Assembly (NCBI GenBank): GCA_037447605.1
Contig: CM074804.1
Span: 7,913,909-7,977,908, forward strand
DNA length: 64,000 bases
From: Zygnema circumcarinatum SAG 698-1b
Lineage: Eukaryota; Plantae; Zygnematophyceae
Reading direction: 5' to 3'
Shown here: positions 1 through 12,493 of the stretch, in pieces
How positions within the stretch are numbered: position 1 is the first letter of the stretch
How the letters are laid out: each line of letters starts with the position of its first letter
Notes under the pieces: model-generated
Databases searched by the model: none
What the model was told of the DNA's origin: nothing
The model's input: the letters and a program-made list of their open reading frames with translations, nothing else
Translations under genes and position numbers: made by a program

Positions 1-145
1 CAACAGGTGTAATGTATCCAGTGCAAATGAACACATGGCACGTGAACTCAAGGAGATGTTCAGTGTATCTGGGGTTCACCGCGTTTCAGTAAACTGTAGG
101 AAAGAGAGTGAGAAAGAGGGAGGGAGTACGGCTGTGGGTGTGTAG

Positions 146-3100
146 GGAGGGGCGTCACATTCTGCGGGACGATGTGAGGTGGCGGAAGGGTTTTTGGTGG
201 GCTCTCTGCTCCTCCGCGGGAGCACACATGGCGGAGCCGGAGAAGGGCCCGAGCCCCGTCGCATTCAGTGCATTGGACTGCCTCAATCACTTCTCAGGGG
301 ATGTGGAACTCTGCTACCGCGTTGTTAAGCAGGTAATTATACCCCCCCCCCACAACACATACACTCTCTCTCGCCCTCTCTGTGTCTCTCTCCCCCTTGC
401 TGTCCTTCCCTCCTATATTCCCTTCCTCCCTTCCGCCCTCCCTCCCTCTTTCCTGCGCCTACTTGGCTGGTTTTTTCGATCTGTAGTAGTTCGAGGGAAG
501 GGCTGGTTTGTCTTTTTTTTTTTTTCTCAATCTTAAAGCATTACAACCCTGCATCCTGCAACTCTATCCACTACCTCACAATTCTGACCTTTTGAAAGCT
601 TGTTTTCTCTCTTCCCCAGGGGCTTCTGCTCCCCTTGCTGCTCTTGACAGTCCCCTTGGAGGAAACCCTTCCCTCCCTCAGAGAGAGACTCTCCTCTCCC
701 TCAGAGGTGGACTCTCGCCCTATTGAACAGGTGGCAGCTGAAGTCCTCCGTACTCTCGCAGTGACTCTCGACCAAGCTCCGGAAATGGACCCAAGTCCTC
801 GCCTTCAGTTTGAGACGGGAATTCTTGCAACTGTCATTCCTCTCGCTATGCTTACCAGCTTGAAGAATCCCGATGCAGGAGCTGCCAAGTTCATGGCTAT
901 GGCTACCACGGATTTGTCGCAGCCAACAGCTATTTGGAACAGGGAGGTTCGGACAGAGCTGAGAAGGAAGGTAGTGGAGAGAGTGAAGGAGCACAACCTG
1001 CAGCAGGCGACGGGTGTTCTCACTACAGACGATGAGTTGAAGTGGTTGGAGGAGTTCAGGTGCGCATGTTTACTTTCACTGCGCTCTCCTCCTGCTGCTC
1101 CTTTCAAGTCACTTTCAGTTCACTTTAGCAAATCAGCTGCACATTCATACTTCCAAAGGAGATGAAATGAAAAGCCTTTCACTAATCCCCCTCCTTTCTT
1201 CACTACTCTTTTTCTTTTCTCTGAATGCGGGTATGCAGTTACGACGCGCTGAAGGACGAGATGGTAATTTCGGGAGTCTTTGTGAAGGGCTATGCGACGG
1301 GTCACTGGCAACATTTTGACCTTCCCGATGGACGCGCCTTTTTGGAGTCCCTTCAGGCCTACTTAGAGGCCAACCGCCACATTCTCCTCCCTCCCCACCA
1401 GCGACACTTGGAGAACGGAGGAGTCACTCCCGACTCTCACACTCCTCCCGTGGAGAATGGAGGGAGGCCGGTGGGAGGGAAGGTGAAGCTTCCCTCTACC
1501 GAGGAGGACTTTCTCATCGCCATGGCTGCTCTGGGGGAGTGTCTCCGATATGCTGTGGAGGACAGTAAGAAGGGAATGCTGCTCCAAGTGAGGTATCCTC
1601 TCCTTGCCGAGGTTCTTATGAAGGGTGCTCATATTCCTGCTGCTCAGATGGAAGTAGCCGCCATAGCCCAAGTCCTTGCAGGCCATGTTACAGCGCAAGA
1701 GGAGCTCCTTCCTTCTCCTCTTCTTCCTGTAATGGCCCAAAAGCTGTGGGAAGGCCTTGTCTCTCCCGATGACAAAGCCCACGAAGTCTCGAGTTCAATT
1801 CTCGATGCTTTCTTGGAACTCAGTCAGGAAATGCCCGCCACCATTGCTGCGACAAACTACTTCTCCAGCAGTGGAGCCCTGCTCCTCATTTTAGCCCTTT
1901 TCCTTGATGCGGAATTGCCCTCCTTTGGTGGAGACGTTGAAGATCTGAAGTCTCCTAGAAGTCACCCAAAAGCAAAAGAATCTGGGCAGCTAGTCGCTGC
2001 TCAGATTTTAGGGCATCTCCTGCTAGCAGCCATGGGAGTACATAGTCGAGCAAAATTGGTAAAGGACCTCGCACTCCGACGCTCTGTAGGAGACATTTCC
2101 GCCTTAGCTAATGGACATGCTGGTGGCAGCCTTTTCGCGCATGTAACAGATATGTATGAGCTCTCCAATATTCTTGATATGGCACAGGAAATGACAGTTC
2201 AGCCGCATGTTCTTCGAACTTTGTATCAGTTCCTCCCTCTCGACATGCTCTCCACGCTTGCGAGAGACCCCACTGAAGCTTGTGAGATGGTAGGGAGCAA
2301 GGTCTGTACGCCTCTCCTTGTGTGGGAGGAGGCTGTACGGCTGCGTTGTGGGAGACGTCTGGTAGCGGACGCGAGGAGTGTGAAGGAATCGATGGAGAGA
2401 GAGGGAGAAGGGGCAGTGGGTCTGCCTGCTTGGTCTCTGTCAAGTCAGGAAGATCCGGTATTTTTGAGATACGTTAGAGCGGTAGTTTCACGACCTGGAG
2501 ACGCAGAGGAGGAGATGGAAGAACTTTTCTCCGAGGAGGCCCAAGAAGGGTATGTGAAGGAGCTCTACATGGGGGGGTTCTATGTGGATCAGGTATTACG
2601 GAAGCCAGCATATGAAATGAATGCCATTTTAGAGGATCGTTTGTTGCGGGAAATTCGGAAGACTGTTGTAGTGGCGGCCCCATCGCATGGTGCACGTTCG
2701 AGTGAATACTCTTTTGATGATCGCAGGAGGCTTCTTTTAGCATTGCTTGCGCTGTTTCGAAGTCGTCCAAGTCTTTTGGCTACGTCTAACATAGACATAT
2801 TCTTCCCTATCTACAATTTCATCGCTGGGGGAAGTGGGGAGGAGAGGAGGGGCCTTGCCCTCCCGGGTCTTCTCCTTTTCCATTGCACTGTGACCAGCTC
2901 AGACATCGCTGAGTTTGTTGTCAATGAAGAGCTCCTTAACACTCTCTCCGTTCTTCTCTCCCTCAAAGTCCCACAATCTGAAGAAGGAAAGGCGGGCACC
3001 GACCCGCGGTTATGCAGTCTGATGCTGCTGCTGCGTCTTGTACGGTACAGCTCAAAGGCAACCAAAACAGCACTAGAATTGGACCTTGTAGGGCAGGTAG

Positions 3101-3519
3101 CTTCAATAGTCTTTGATAAAGGGGAAGATAATGTGCGGAAAAGGGCAGCGGAGGTGCTCTCTGTGATGAGTGTCGATAGGCGATGTGGATCGGAGGTGAA
3201 ACAAGCATTAGACCGAATAATTCCGGAGGAGGCGAAGGATTTTATTGAGTGGCAAGTACCCCTCGCCAACATTAATGATGATGTGGTGGATGATGAGGCT
3301 ATGTCCCATTTCCTCGCACACCGATTTCCTGCAGAATGGTGGACCGCGACTTCGTCCGAATATTCATCCATGTCGGAGGTAACAGAACAGCTTCCAAATG
3401 GCAGGATGGAATTTGCAGAGCAGGCTGAGAAGGACCATCGGAATGGTGTCTCCGGAGCTGCGCCCAACCATGTTGAGCCTAAAGATGTTGAGACCAAAGA
3501 TGTGACTACGGTGGACTAG
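146..3519 (+). CDS. 3' part of a divergent RME-8/DNAJC13/GRV2-like protein (ARM/IWN-repeat); the gene starts upstream of the window
   Basis: Exons about 146-332, 620-1059 and 1239-3519 join in frame at GT-AG sites. The segments IWNREVRTELR, YDALKDEMVISGVFVK, LPLDMLSTLARDPTEA...TPLLVWEE and KELYMGGFYV resemble the C-terminal IWN-repeat region of DNAJC13/RME-8, as recalled rather than searched. The J-domain region is not in the window. Confidence 0.65.
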
Positions 3520-4084
3520 AGGTAGAGGAGCATCACTTGGGATTTGGAAGTCGACTTTCAAAAGAATAGGAGGAGATGACTTGGCAAAGGGGATGCGGCT
3601 TGAGCTAGGCGTCACCTTCAAACCTGGTTGTTTTTTATGTATAGCACAGGAGGCAAAGGAACTTCCTTTCTCTCCCTTTCTCTCGCTCTCCCTCCCTCTC
3701 CCTCCACTGCCTCCTGACCAACAATCCTCTCCCATTGCTCCCTGGCCATTTTGTAAGCTCACACTTGCTCCGCCAAATGTCCGCAGAAGCCCTAGGGAGG
3801 CTATGGCTGGAGGGTGGGGGAGACGAGAGGGAGAGAGAGGGGTGTGGTGCACGTATGGCAGGAGGAAAGTCGTGAGGTAAAAACTGGTAAAAAGCTGAAA
3901 CTAGGGTTCGGTCATCTGTGTACTTTACAGAAAACTTACCTTTGGAACCTCCCCCCTCTCTCAAGGGGGGGTCGCCTTCTCTGCATTCAGGGGCAAGCTC
4001 CATAGTAGCTTGTAATAAGGAGACGATGTATGAAGGAGAGGTGCGGATTGGTCTACGGAGGCCGCCTGGGCGAGTCTTTAGCCT

Positions 4085-4243
4085 CTTTCCGAGGGAGGAA
4101 AGGGGGTTCAGGAGACTTTAGGGTTTAAACTTGAGTTTCTCTCCGAGGGAGGAAAGTAGGTTCAGGAAGGTTTAGAAAGACTTTAGGGTTTACATTTGGG
4201 CTTCTTTTTGTGGGAGGAAAGAGGGTTCAGGAGACTTTAGGGT
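4085..4243 (+). repeat. Three degenerate ~55-60 bp direct repeats, each containing TTTAGGG
   Basis: GGGAGGAAAG..GGTTCAGGA..GACTTTAGGGT recurs at about 4085, 4143 and 4211. Confidence 0.8.
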
Positions 4244-5074
4244 GGACATCGTTCACTTTTCAGGGAGAAATGTGGGGCCATTGTTTGGCCGAAGGCGTTC
4301 AGAAGGACTCGTATGCATTTCGTTCATATTTTTTTTGGATTCAGTTCGTTTCTTTGATTACTGATTCTACCTCGTTTAATTGAAGCTTGTCTATCGATTG
4401 TTTAGTTTTTGGAGTTGTTCCTTTTGTTGGGGGTCTCTCGGCGCTGAGCTGCTGGTCCTTTTCTAGGGGCTTCCCTTTTTGTTGCCGTTAAGTAATATGT
4501 TTCGGGTTGGATTGAGTCCCTTTCAGGTTGACACTGTGCTCTCAGGACATTCGGATGCAAACACCATCGAACATCATCTGTTGACTCTATCATCATTCTT
4601 TGGGATGCACCGAATGGCGGTGATGTCGCCAATGATCATCCTTGAACTTCACCTGAGTAGAGACAACCACTCACAAATTTGTATGTGGTACATCTCATCA
4701 TCATCATCCCTAGCTTTCACTCAAAAGCCTGCCATAGTCCTCAAGGGGCCACCCAAAGAACCCAACATCATTTTTTGAGTGATGTGGAGGGGCCACGACC
4801 AACCAGAACACTGGTAGCTGCATGCAGACATCACGCTCCAAAAAGCGCCCACTGAAGGAAGGGAATGAACGTACAGTTGAGAGTTTCACCCACTTTAACA
4901 TTTGCGAAACTTATCTTTAACATTTGCGAAATTTGGGCACTGGTGAAATTGAGCCCTCTGTTCACGCCACAGCAGAGTAATGGAAAACCTGCCCGTCCTG
5001 GATCGAAGGTGGGAAAATGCCGAGGAAAAGAACATTTGTACAAACCATTGCGGGAATAGGGGAGGGAGGGAGGG

Positions 5075-5250
5075 NNNNNNNNNNNNNNNNNNNNNNNNNN
5101 NNNNNNNNNNNNNNNNNNNNNNNNNNNNNNNNNNNNNNNNNNNNNNNNNNNNNNNNNNNNNNNNNNNNNNNNNNCTGCAGGAATGACCGGCGCGGGGAGA
5201 GCCCCAGTCTGAGGGGGACACGGAGTGTGGGAGAATCAAANNNNNNNNNN
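5075..5250. other. Assembly gaps (N runs at 5075-5174 and 5241-5250)
   Basis: N runs in the sequence. Confidence 0.98.
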
Positions 5251-5601
5251 AAGAAAGAATATGGAATATGATGAAGATATGGTCCAAACTAACCGACTTC
5301 AGAGCCTCCTTTCCTCCAAATCACAGGCCTTTTCTTACTCTTTGAGCCACGGCTTCATGCTATGATCGATCAAAAGAAGTCGAGAGTTGTCGTCGTTAAG
5401 GTCATTCGGAGAATTGAATGCGTCGACGGCACTTGTCAAAAGATGATCTTGCGAAGCTCCGCAGGAAATATTACCCAACGTTTGCAGCTCTTGTTATTTT
5501 GCTCCTCGAGCCAGACGGCTCGAACCGAAAAAAGCACTCGCGCCGATTAATTCTGTTGAGCTGCATATAGGGTTTTAAATCCATGCGGTTACCGTTTGGA
5601 A

Positions 5602-6404
5602 TCATTTTTCCAAATGCCCAAACTCTTCCCTCCACAGAGCGCCCGCTTCCTCCGGAGAGCGCAAAGTCCAGATGTGCTGCTCCTCACTCTCCTCAGCGAG
5701 TCTCCTCGCCTGCAACCGCAATCCGTGCCCACTACTGTTTAAGGGCTTCAAGGTTCAGACTCCCGGCTCGGGCCCCTTGCAGAAGGAAGTTTCCACTCCT
5801 CCTCACGCGCCTCCCACTTCCCTCCCTCTCCCTCTCCCTCTCCCTCTTCCACTTCCAGCCCCTCCCCTTTCCTCCCCTCCCACCTTCCCCCTCCCACCCT
5901 CCCTTCTTCTCCCTCTCCTAACACCGTGAAGCAGCACTCTTCCCGCTCTCTCTCCATCTCCCCCTTCCAACCCCCCCTTTCCCCCTCTTCCCCTCTTCTC
6001 CCCCTTCCCCCTCCCTCCCTCCCTCCCTCCCTCCCTCTCTCCACATAGCTCCTCCTCCTCCTCCTCCCAACCCCCCTCCCCCTTAGCACCTCGTACCTGT
6101 ATGCGCGGCCTGGCGGCGGTGCGCAGGAGCATGCAGTCGCTGAGCGCGCGCCACCGCGCGAGGCAGCTGTCGAACTCGCCCTCGCGGTAGTACGCGCTCG
6201 CCTGAAACACGGGCGCTGCGGCCCCGCCCCCCCGCCCCCCGTCAGTGGCCACCCACAGGCCTCGCCCGCACGTGCGGGGGCGCAGCGGGGGGAGGGAGGG
6301 AGGGAGGGGAGGGCGCCACGTGGCAGGCGCTCACAGTAGCAGAACCAGAGGGCGTCCACGTGGCGCACGCAGGACTCGCGCGGCTCCTCGCTGGCGGCCT
6401 CCAT
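5602..6404 (-). CDS. DUF3128 (EMI1-like) twin-Cys small protein
   Basis: Three exons (6404-6335, 6215-6097, 5709-5602) splice to MEAASEEPRESCVRHVDALWFCYSPVFQASAYYREGEFDSCLARWRALSDCMLLRT...HIWTLRSPEEAGALWREEFGHLEK*. This matches the plant DUF3128 pattern DALWFCYSP...YYR.G..D.C...W....DC...HIW. Confidence 0.85.
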
Positions 6405-6487
6405 CGCCACGTGGCGGCTCGCGGGCGCGCTCCGCAGCTGACTGTGAACCACGTGGCGCACTGTCCAATGGGGAGGCGCCACGTGGG
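6315..6487. promoter_or_regulatory. Dense G-box (CCACGTGG) cluster over the 5' end of the DUF3128 gene
   Basis: CACGTG at about 6317, 6357, 6408, 6449 and 6480, with perfect GCCACGTGGC at 6315 and 6406 and another copy at about 6911. Function is inferred from the known plant bZIP/bHLH motif. Confidence 0.5.
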
Positions 6488-8284
6488 CACAACGCACTGG
6501 ACGGCAGGAAACTGCAGTGCGCCGTTGATCAGAACAGAACGGAGCAGAACGGGAGCATAGAGCCTTAAGGGACCCTCATATCGGTACGGCAACTTTTGGG
6601 AGAGAAATGGGCGCGGGCGAATCTGGGTGATTCTGTACGGACAGGGATGATAGAGCTGGGCAGACTTTAAAAAAAAAGGGGGAAAGATTTCTTTTTTTAG
6701 TAAAAACAAATAATACCTAAAGTGAGTACTCTGAAGAAATATCGTTCCAACTGGAAGGGGTACTGATTTCAATCATATTTCGTGTTGCTGAAGAAATAAT
6801 TTCATTTTTTTGATTTATTTCATTGTTTTTTCCAGTCTGACATATTATAATGATTTGCCATTTGTACGGGGTTGAGATTTTCCGTGTCAGTTTTCTCCAA
6901 TGATAAGGCGCCACGTGGTTGTTGCAGGATCTGATTTGCAAGACCGACTCTGCACGACAAAATACAATCTACATTTGCTATATTTTGTATAAAATGAGAA
7001 AAATATATTTACTTTTCTGGGCGAAACCATCAATGCGGCGACGAGAGCGCCAGTCGATGCCTGAAGAGGCTTGTCGTTTCTGGATGTCGGTGGGCGTGTC
7101 GTCTTGGGAGTTTCGTACGATAAAAGCACACGTCGGCCAGCACGCGCCGTTGACTGACAGGTAAAACCGGTGGTAGATCCGTCCCGCGTCCGCGTCATCG
7201 TCAAATGGAAGAAAACCAGCTTTTGCCTCCCGACCAATCAGAAGCCCCAAAACGCTTCGAATTTTCCAACTCACGCAAATTCCACCAGATCTACCGCTGC
7301 CGTCCCGACGACCCTCCCGCCCAGAAAGTTGATCTCCTTGATCCGCCGGCCCTGCACGACCCCCGTGACCGGCACCGCCCAATCCGGCGCCGCTGGCGGC
7401 CCCGCTCGCTGACATGGCAGTGTACGGCGCTAATCAGCGCGCGGCGCCGCGGATCTCAACTGCTGCACGCTGCGGATCGCATTCCCATGCTGCAAATTCC
7501 CGTTTAGTCTGCAGTGTGACGGATGTTTACAAGGAACAGAAGGGTGCCACGTCACGGAAACGGCTGGTTCGAGAGCTAGTTTAGCGGAACTAGTTGTGGT
7601 TCTATGTTCCCCTGCTGGAGAGCCCTGCAGGGAGGTCTTGGCAGCAGCAAGCATTACAGGGAAGGAGGAAGGAGCAGCAAGTCATGGCTGCCGCGGCCTC
7701 CGTAGCCGTCTGGCAGGCGCGGAGGAGGACGGGCCATGAGTTTCTGGAGTTTTCCGCAGCCATGGCTGGAAGGGAGCTTTGATAGGACGGCGGCAGCTTT
7801 GCAGGATTAGACGGCGGCCTTGCGGTAACGGCTCTGCTTTTTCCTTTGAAGTTTTCTTCGTCCTATGAAAGTTTGAAGGGTGAGGTTGAGCCAGCTGGCA
7901 GGCTCAGGTCGTTTTGTTTGACATGTTGTGAACTCAGCGACCGAGCTCTGTTTTGGATGATGCGGCCATTGAATGGCTGAGTGCTTTCTGTCATTCAAAC
8001 ATGTCTGGTATTATGTTTGAACATCGACTTAATGCGATTTTTGGAGGACTTGGTGAGCAGGAGGAGCCAGGTGGCAGGCACTTGAAGAAGTCGGCATGCA
8101 GACAGCCACACATTTGATTGTCTTCCTTTCCAAATGGCGTCAATAATGAAGACTTGGAGGCTATTGGTCGCATAGGCGAACACTTTTCAAGATTCGTCAA
8201 GGGAGGCATTGGCTGCTGCTGCAGAAGACTGAGCCTTGCTTGCAGGCGGCCTCGCCTTAACTGGGACCATCGCCGCTGAATAGG

Positions 8285-11250
8285 ATGAATAACTCTCAGG
8301 CCAGCCTTGCAGCTGGTTTCTGCGCCGGTATTGCTGAAGTTATTGTAGGTCAGTCTCTGCATTTCATCTCCCCTGATTTTCTTTTTATCGCTCTCTTTCG
8401 CGATCTCTTTGTCAATTTTTATCTCATTCATGAAGCAGAAGGCCCTTATGGTTTGCGCGACATTTGTCGGTTTGCTCACCATATGATTTGGAGTCATTAC
8501 AGGCTATCCATTTGACACTCTAAAGACGCGCCTTCAAACTTGTGGCTCTTTGGAGAGAGGCAGCTGCTTCGACTTGTTGGCGGCGTGGAGATGTGCATTG
8601 GCCTTATTCAAGCAGGAAGGGGTGGGGGGGTTTTACAGGGGGCTCATCCCTCTTATGCTGCAGGTAAGGAGAAGTGCATCCTTCTCCCCCTCTCTCGCGC
8701 ACTCTCTCCTTCTCTCTCTCCTCCCCCCTTTTTTTTTGCATGTTCGAGGCTTACATATGGTAACATGTCCCTTCAAGGTTTTTTTTCTGGCGCCACCTTC
8801 TCTTAATCTCCGGATGTGGTTAAGATACTCCGTTCTTTTCGTCTGAGCTCCAATCCCTTTATTCGACTCGCCTCCCCTGCAGGAGGCCTTGGGCGTGTCC
8901 CTCCTCTTTGGCGCACGTGACTGGATGAGGGAACACTTTGGGGCTGATATAAGGCGGCCCGGAGCCTTCATCATTGCCTGCTGCCTCATTGGCTTGCTAG
9001 AGGCCCTCGTGTACTGCCCCTTGGATCATCTTAAAGCGCGAATGCAGGTGGAGGCACCCTCCTCCCCTTTTTCTTCAGGATTTCTTATAACATGTTTTTG
9101 AAATAAAGAAATGGATGAGTGGTTTAGTACCCCTGTCCTTGGTATAAGCAAGTTTCAAGAGATTGTCGTCGAGTAGACTGCTATTCTACCAATCGGTCTG
9201 TCAGAAACCATGTCCGCACCCTCGTTTTCAGACTCAGGTTGCACAATCATTTCCCTCGTCTCCTTCTCCTTTCTCTCCTTAAGCCGCTCCGTTTCCACAC
9301 GTTGATCGTTTACATCAGTAGTAATAATTTATTTGGAATGCTGAAATGTACCCACGCAATTCATTCGATTTCATAGGTAAAAGCCAACAACGACCGACTA
9401 CCTATGAATGGAAAGCCCTTGAGGAGTCCTCCCCCAGAACCAATCATCGGAAAAGGTCGAGGAGGATATGGTGGAGAGACTGGTAGTGGGGCGAGGTCAT
9501 ACATGGACGACTCTTTAGACAGAGGGGCCAATGAGGGACCAGGAGGAGCGTTTCTCGAGCTCCGAGCATGCCTTTGGAGCGTTATACGGGCTCGAGGATA
9601 TTCAGGCCTTTACCTGGGCTTCTTCCTGCAGGTCAAGCTGTTTTCTGAAAACTGTTTAGTATTCTCGAAGCATTTATTCATTTTGAGTGGCACCAATGTG
9701 CTCGTTGTAGGCATCGTCCTCCTCCCTCTCCTCCCGCTCCCTCTCGCTGTCCAAGCTAAAAGCAATCAATTAGGAGGAAAGGCCCCACTCCCCTCCTCCC
9801 TCCCTCCCTCCCTCCCTCCCGCCCGCCCGCCCTTCCCGCTCTCCCTCCCTCTCTCCCTCCCCTCCCTCACTTTCACTCCACCCTTTCCCCTTGTCCCCTT
9901 TCCCCTCTCTCTCCCACTCTAACACTTATTATTTAGAGCTTCATGTCAACGTTGTGCATGTATGTGATGGGCTTGGGCTTTAGTTGTTCCCGATCTCACA
10001 GAACAAGGCATTGCATATGTGCAGTTCTTTAATCTTTTAGAGGCGGTTTTGGTCAGTTGAATCAATCCAGATTCGTCCGCATTGTTCAATGCAGGCTGGC
10101 ATTGAGGAAACTTGCATCCCTCGAAATGCATGAACCAAGCCGTGTGAAAACTGTTGGTATTGAACTGAAGTGCACAGTCTGCAGACTTCATGCTTGTGTT
10201 TACTGCTGGCTTATGTCAGCTAGCAGCCTTCATGTTTCTTAGGTTTTTTTGTGAAGCTTTTAGGAGTTTTTAGGTGTTTCCAAGGTTTCCAAGTTCAGAT
10301 TCAGCTCGTGGACGGGGGGTGACGACTTGAGAAGGTTTTGGATGACAGGCTTTGAAGGAAATGGTCGGCAATGTCGCCCTCTTTGGAGTGTATGACACCA
10401 CAATGCTGCTGTTCAGTGGATCACATTCCGCCTCCCAATCATGGACCGCCATTTGGCCTGCGGGAAGCCTGGCAGGAGTGTCATATTACTTGGTACGTTT
10501 GGCTTGGTTGCACCTTGTTCCTGAAGCCACAGGGCTAGTAGTATTAGTATAAGTGGTCGGTGCCTTTATGTAGTTTCTATAAGAGGACTTTAGAATCATC
10601 CAGTGCCCTCTTGTTTTCTTTCTACTTTGAAGTGTGCAAATAGGACTCTCTTTCACATGTAGGGCTGTAGTTTCCACCCATTTCACTCTCCTTACGCAAG
10701 CAAGTCCATCATGGCTACTTGGTTCCCCTTCCATTTTCTCTAACCTAGAACTTGACCTATGTCCCTCCGTTACTTTCCTTGATGGACTCCGAAGTTTATT
10801 GTAATCGGCTCACCCCCATCTACCCTCCATCTTAATTCTGAAAAACGTCAAAACCAAGTAGAACTTGTCCATCCACTATTACCTCCCTTAATAGCACAGT
10901 GATACCTCGTGTGTGTGGAAAAAACCCCTCTTACTGAACCTGTGGTTGCGCAGGTGAGCTTCCCCCTAGACACCATAAAGAGCAAGCTGCAGACGGACTC
11001 TCTGGTCAGTCCCCGCTACCAGGGCTCCGTCCACTGCATCCGAAAAGTCCTCTTCCAAGAGTGCACCTTCCAAGACCTCTACCACGGGCTGTCCATGTGC
11101 CTGCTGCGAGCCATCCCGGGAGGAGCTGCGGAGTTTTTCGTGTTTGAGCTCGTGTTCATAATGTTGTACAAAGGAGCCAACCCCACGAAGCTGCCGGGAC
11201 TCATCAATCTCGGAGTCATGCAGACTGAGATTTCCGACCTACTCCATTGA
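8285..11250 (+). CDS. Mitochondrial carrier family (SLC25) protein, amino-acid/carnitine-carrier-like
   Basis: Six exons (8285-8348, 8503-8663, 8883-9047, 9377-9631, 10349-10492, 10954-11250). There are three Px[DE]xx[KR] signatures (YPFDTLKTR, CPLDHLKAR, FPLDTIKSK) and three GxxG[FL]YxG-type motifs. Substrate is not determinable from sequence alone. Confidence 0.9.
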
Positions 11251-11269
11251 TGCTACGGGTGTCGCATTC

Positions 11270-11311
<42 letters not shown>

Positions 11312-12493
11312 CCCCACTCTCGGTTAGAGGCCACTTCCAGCAAAGCAAGAAGACCATTCCATCGGTCAAGCGGGAGAATAAGCCTACAGCCGCAATTTAT
11401 TTTCAAAATTCGTGACCCCTTAATTAGTGCATGGGGGTATACTTGGGGATTCTGCTCCGGAATGGGGAGCCCTTGGTTACATGGTAGGCAAGGGAACGGT
11501 GTTTTAGCATCCCCAACATTGATTTATTTTATTGTAGATGTTTTAAAGTTAGTGTTTCCATGTGCGTGCTTAGGCGTTCGAATAAGGTAGGTCCGCCAGG
11601 TTCAACATATATAGATTTTTTTGGCTTCCTGCTTCTGCTAGCATAATGGTGGCCTCCTTTGAGGGAGCGCCTGACCGGGAGTTTCATTCAAGCAGGCTCT
11701 TTTTCGGGCTCACGCTGATGCTGCTACTTGACGTTTCTATGCTGCAACTGCCCGACCGTAGCACTGTTTGCGTTCAAGTGCCATCACTTTCATGAGCTGA
11801 TACGATGCCTCCAGGTGCTTCAATTCTCGCTTCACCTATGTTTGTTTGAAGGAAGGGGCGGAGAAGCTGGGGGAGGAGAGGACGAGGGAGAGGGAGAGGG
11901 AGAGGGAGAGGCAGATCGACGGTAGTCAACAGCCATCCCCTCTCACTATGTTTACTGTCATGGGAGCATGCGATTTATACCCATGCCATACACGTCGCCG
12001 CGTTTGTGAAAGGAGAGATGCAGGACTGATATCCTTCCAGATCTTTTCGCCGCCAAAAAGACTGACATGTTCGCATGTAGCAGCAAAATACTCTCTCTGT
12101 TACTGACAGGTTACAGTTGAGGCCTCCAAGAAAAACCCTGAAGGGGCGAGTCCCATGAAAGTCCTCCATAGAAGCTCGTAATTTGAAAGGGTGAGATAAA
12201 AGGAGTCACTCTTATCAAAATGTACAAAACAAATTCCTTTTTTTCTTAAAAAATAAACATAAAACATACACTTCGGCTCCCCTTCTTTGCTTTTTTCAAA
12301 CCAAATAACGCGCGTCTCAACACGCCTTCTGAGAAGCCTCCTTAGCCAACAGGCTCCCGGAGACTAAAAACAGGCATAGTACACATTCATCTTCGCCTCT
12401 AACCCACAAATGTACAACTTTTTGATGACCGCAAGAAAAATTCTCACACGAAGTACGTCGGAAAAAAACTTGCAGCCGGATTTAGGGTTTCGA

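Noticed and set aside
4402-5550. Short ORFs around the N gaps
   Set aside because: No recognisable motif or splice chain, and the region is interrupted by gaps.
7594-7782. ORF ending [15 protein letters not shown]...GREL upstream of the SLC25 gene
   Set aside because: It could be a uORF or extra first exon, but no consistent splice to the carrier frame was found.
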